Of a stretch of 32,000 nt of DNA, positions 31,213 through 32,000 are shown in pieces. Location of the stretch: positions 2,100,001 through 2,132,000 of the forward strand of contig NC_017080.1 of assembly GCF_000284115.1 (NCBI RefSeq), written 5' to 3'. This DNA comes from Phycisphaera mikurensis NBRC 102666 (GTDB lineage: Bacteria > Planctomycetota > Phycisphaerae > Phycisphaerales > Phycisphaeraceae). The stretch's first letter is position 1; each line of letters begins with the position of its first letter. Position numbers and translations under genes: made by a program. Under the pieces are notes generated by a model. It was not told the DNA's origin and ran no database searches. It saw only the letters and a list, made by a program, of their open reading frames with translations.

Positions 31213-32000
31213 TTAGAGGGTGGCGTCGGCGCGGCCGGCCGCCGCGTCGCCGAAGCGGGCGCGGATGGCGTCCACGGCGGCGTCGACCCGGGCGTTCCGC
31301 CCGCGGACCGCGGCGTCGAAGAGGCCCAGCTGCTCGCCGTCCGCGGCTTCCTGGAGAGGCCCGGCGGTGACGCCGAGCAGGCGCAGCGGGCGGAAGTGCC
31401 GGTGCGCCCAGGCGTCGAAGAGGGCGCCGGCGACGCGGCGGAGGTCGGCGGTGGCGTCGCTGGGCGGGGACACGACGGCGGAGCGGGTGACGGTCTTGAA
31501 GTCGCCGGTCCGAAGCTTCACGCTGACGCCGCGGGCGAGGAGGCCTCTGGCCCGCAGGCGTCGGGCGACCTCGTCGCATTGGGTGGCGAGCACGACGCGG
31601 GCCCGCTGGGGATCCGGCAGGTTGATGCCGAAGGTCCGCTCCTGGCCGACGGACTTCCGCCGGCCGCCGGTGGAGACGGGCCGCTCGTCGCGGCCGTGGG
31701 CGAGGTCGAGCAGGTGAGCCGCCTGGGCGGGGGAGAGGCCCAGGCCGCCGGTCGTCCCGGCGGCGCCCGCTGCGCGGAGGTCGGCGATCGTGCAGACGCC
31801 GCGACGCTGGAGCTTCTCGACGAGCGCGGGGCCGACGCCGGGGACGCGGCCGATGGGCAGCGGGGGGAGGATCCGATCGACGTCTCCGGGACCGATGACG
31901 GTGAGGCCGTCGGGCTTCTCCAGGTCGCTGGCCAGCTTCGCGAGGAACTTGTTGTGCGAGACGCCGACGCTCGCGACCAGGCCCGTCTCGGCGAAGACCT
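31213..32000 (-). CDS. dinB: DNA polymerase IV (Y-family), C-terminal ~262 codons; N-terminus lies beyond the right window edge
   Basis: Reverse translation from the window edge: VFAETGLVASVGVSHNKFLAKLASDLEKPDGLTVIGPGDVDRILPPLPIGRVPGVGPALVEKLQRRGVCTIADL... This continues into track ORF 31213..31593 (little-finger domain). It is collinear with the E. coli DinB motifs SAGVAPNKFLAKIASD and IPGVG. Confidence 0.9.
   Translation of the reverse strand, partial: VFAETGLVASVGVSHNKFLAKLASDLEKPDGLTVIGPGDVDRILPPLPIGRVPGVGPALVEKLQRRGVCTIADLRAAGAAGTTGGLGLSPAQAAHLLDLAHGRDERPVSTGGRRKSVGQERTFGINLPDPQRARVVLATQCDEVARRLRARGLLARGVSVKLRTGDFKTVTRSAVVSPPSDATADLRRVAGALFDAWAHRHFRPLRLLGVTAGPLQEAADGEQLGLFDAAVRGRNARVDAAVDAIRARFGDAAAGRADATL

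Noticed and set aside
30551-31579. 342-aa minus-strand ORF spanning the regulator's upstream region and dinB
   Set aside because: The translation is extremely Arg/Pro/Gly-rich. It overlaps the well-supported regulator and dinB frames, so it is an off-frame artefact.

Overview
This 32-kb window is very GC-rich (about 70% G+C by eye, not computed). I see no rRNA, tRNA, CRISPR array, transposase or phage gene. I call 22 protein-coding genes. The many long antisense or alternative-frame ORFs in the track are high-GC artefacts.

The gene content is that of a sulfated-polysaccharide degrader. The combination of Cys-type sulfatases, DUF1559-like prepilin-type proteins and PEP-CTERM proteins suggests the PVC superphylum (Planctomycetota/Phycisphaerae-, Verrucomicrobia- or Kiritimatiellae-like). 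That taxonomic call is inference.

Layout:
- (a) Minus-strand pair: a large glycoside hydrolase translationally coupled to a sugar ABC binding protein (1..4585).
- (b) A lower-GC patch with an unknown secreted protein (4964..5926).
- (c) Minus-strand operon (6099..11161): PEP-CTERM protein, sulfatase, pseudopilin-like protein, SASA/DUF303 esterase.
- (d) A lone PEP-CTERM gene (11613..12356), followed by about 780 bp with no convincing gene.
- (e) An AraR-like (GntR N-terminus plus LacI-type sensor) regulator with an uncharacterised clan GH-A-like hydrolase (13142..16027), divergent from an AraA-family sugar isomerase (16180..17628).
- (f) Minus-strand operon (18004..22322): Gfo/Idh/MocA oxidoreductase, sulfatase, GPH/MFS transporter.
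- (g) Plus-strand operon (22534..29827): PEP-CTERM protein, its anchor-less paralog, pseudopilin-like protein, sulfatase, second GH-A-like hydrolase, second unknown secreted protein.
- (h) A second AraR-like regulator (29887..30963).
- (i) The 3' part of dinB (31213..32000).

Most interesting points:
- The cassette of PEP-CTERM protein, pseudopilin-like protein, sulfatase and CAZyme occurs twice.
- Two uncharacterised protein families are each present twice.
- A shared GGTAC(R)TACC operator-like motif links separate promoters.
- A tandem, palindrome-rich repeat sits between two convergent genes.

All functional calls rest on motif recognition by eye. No database search was run.
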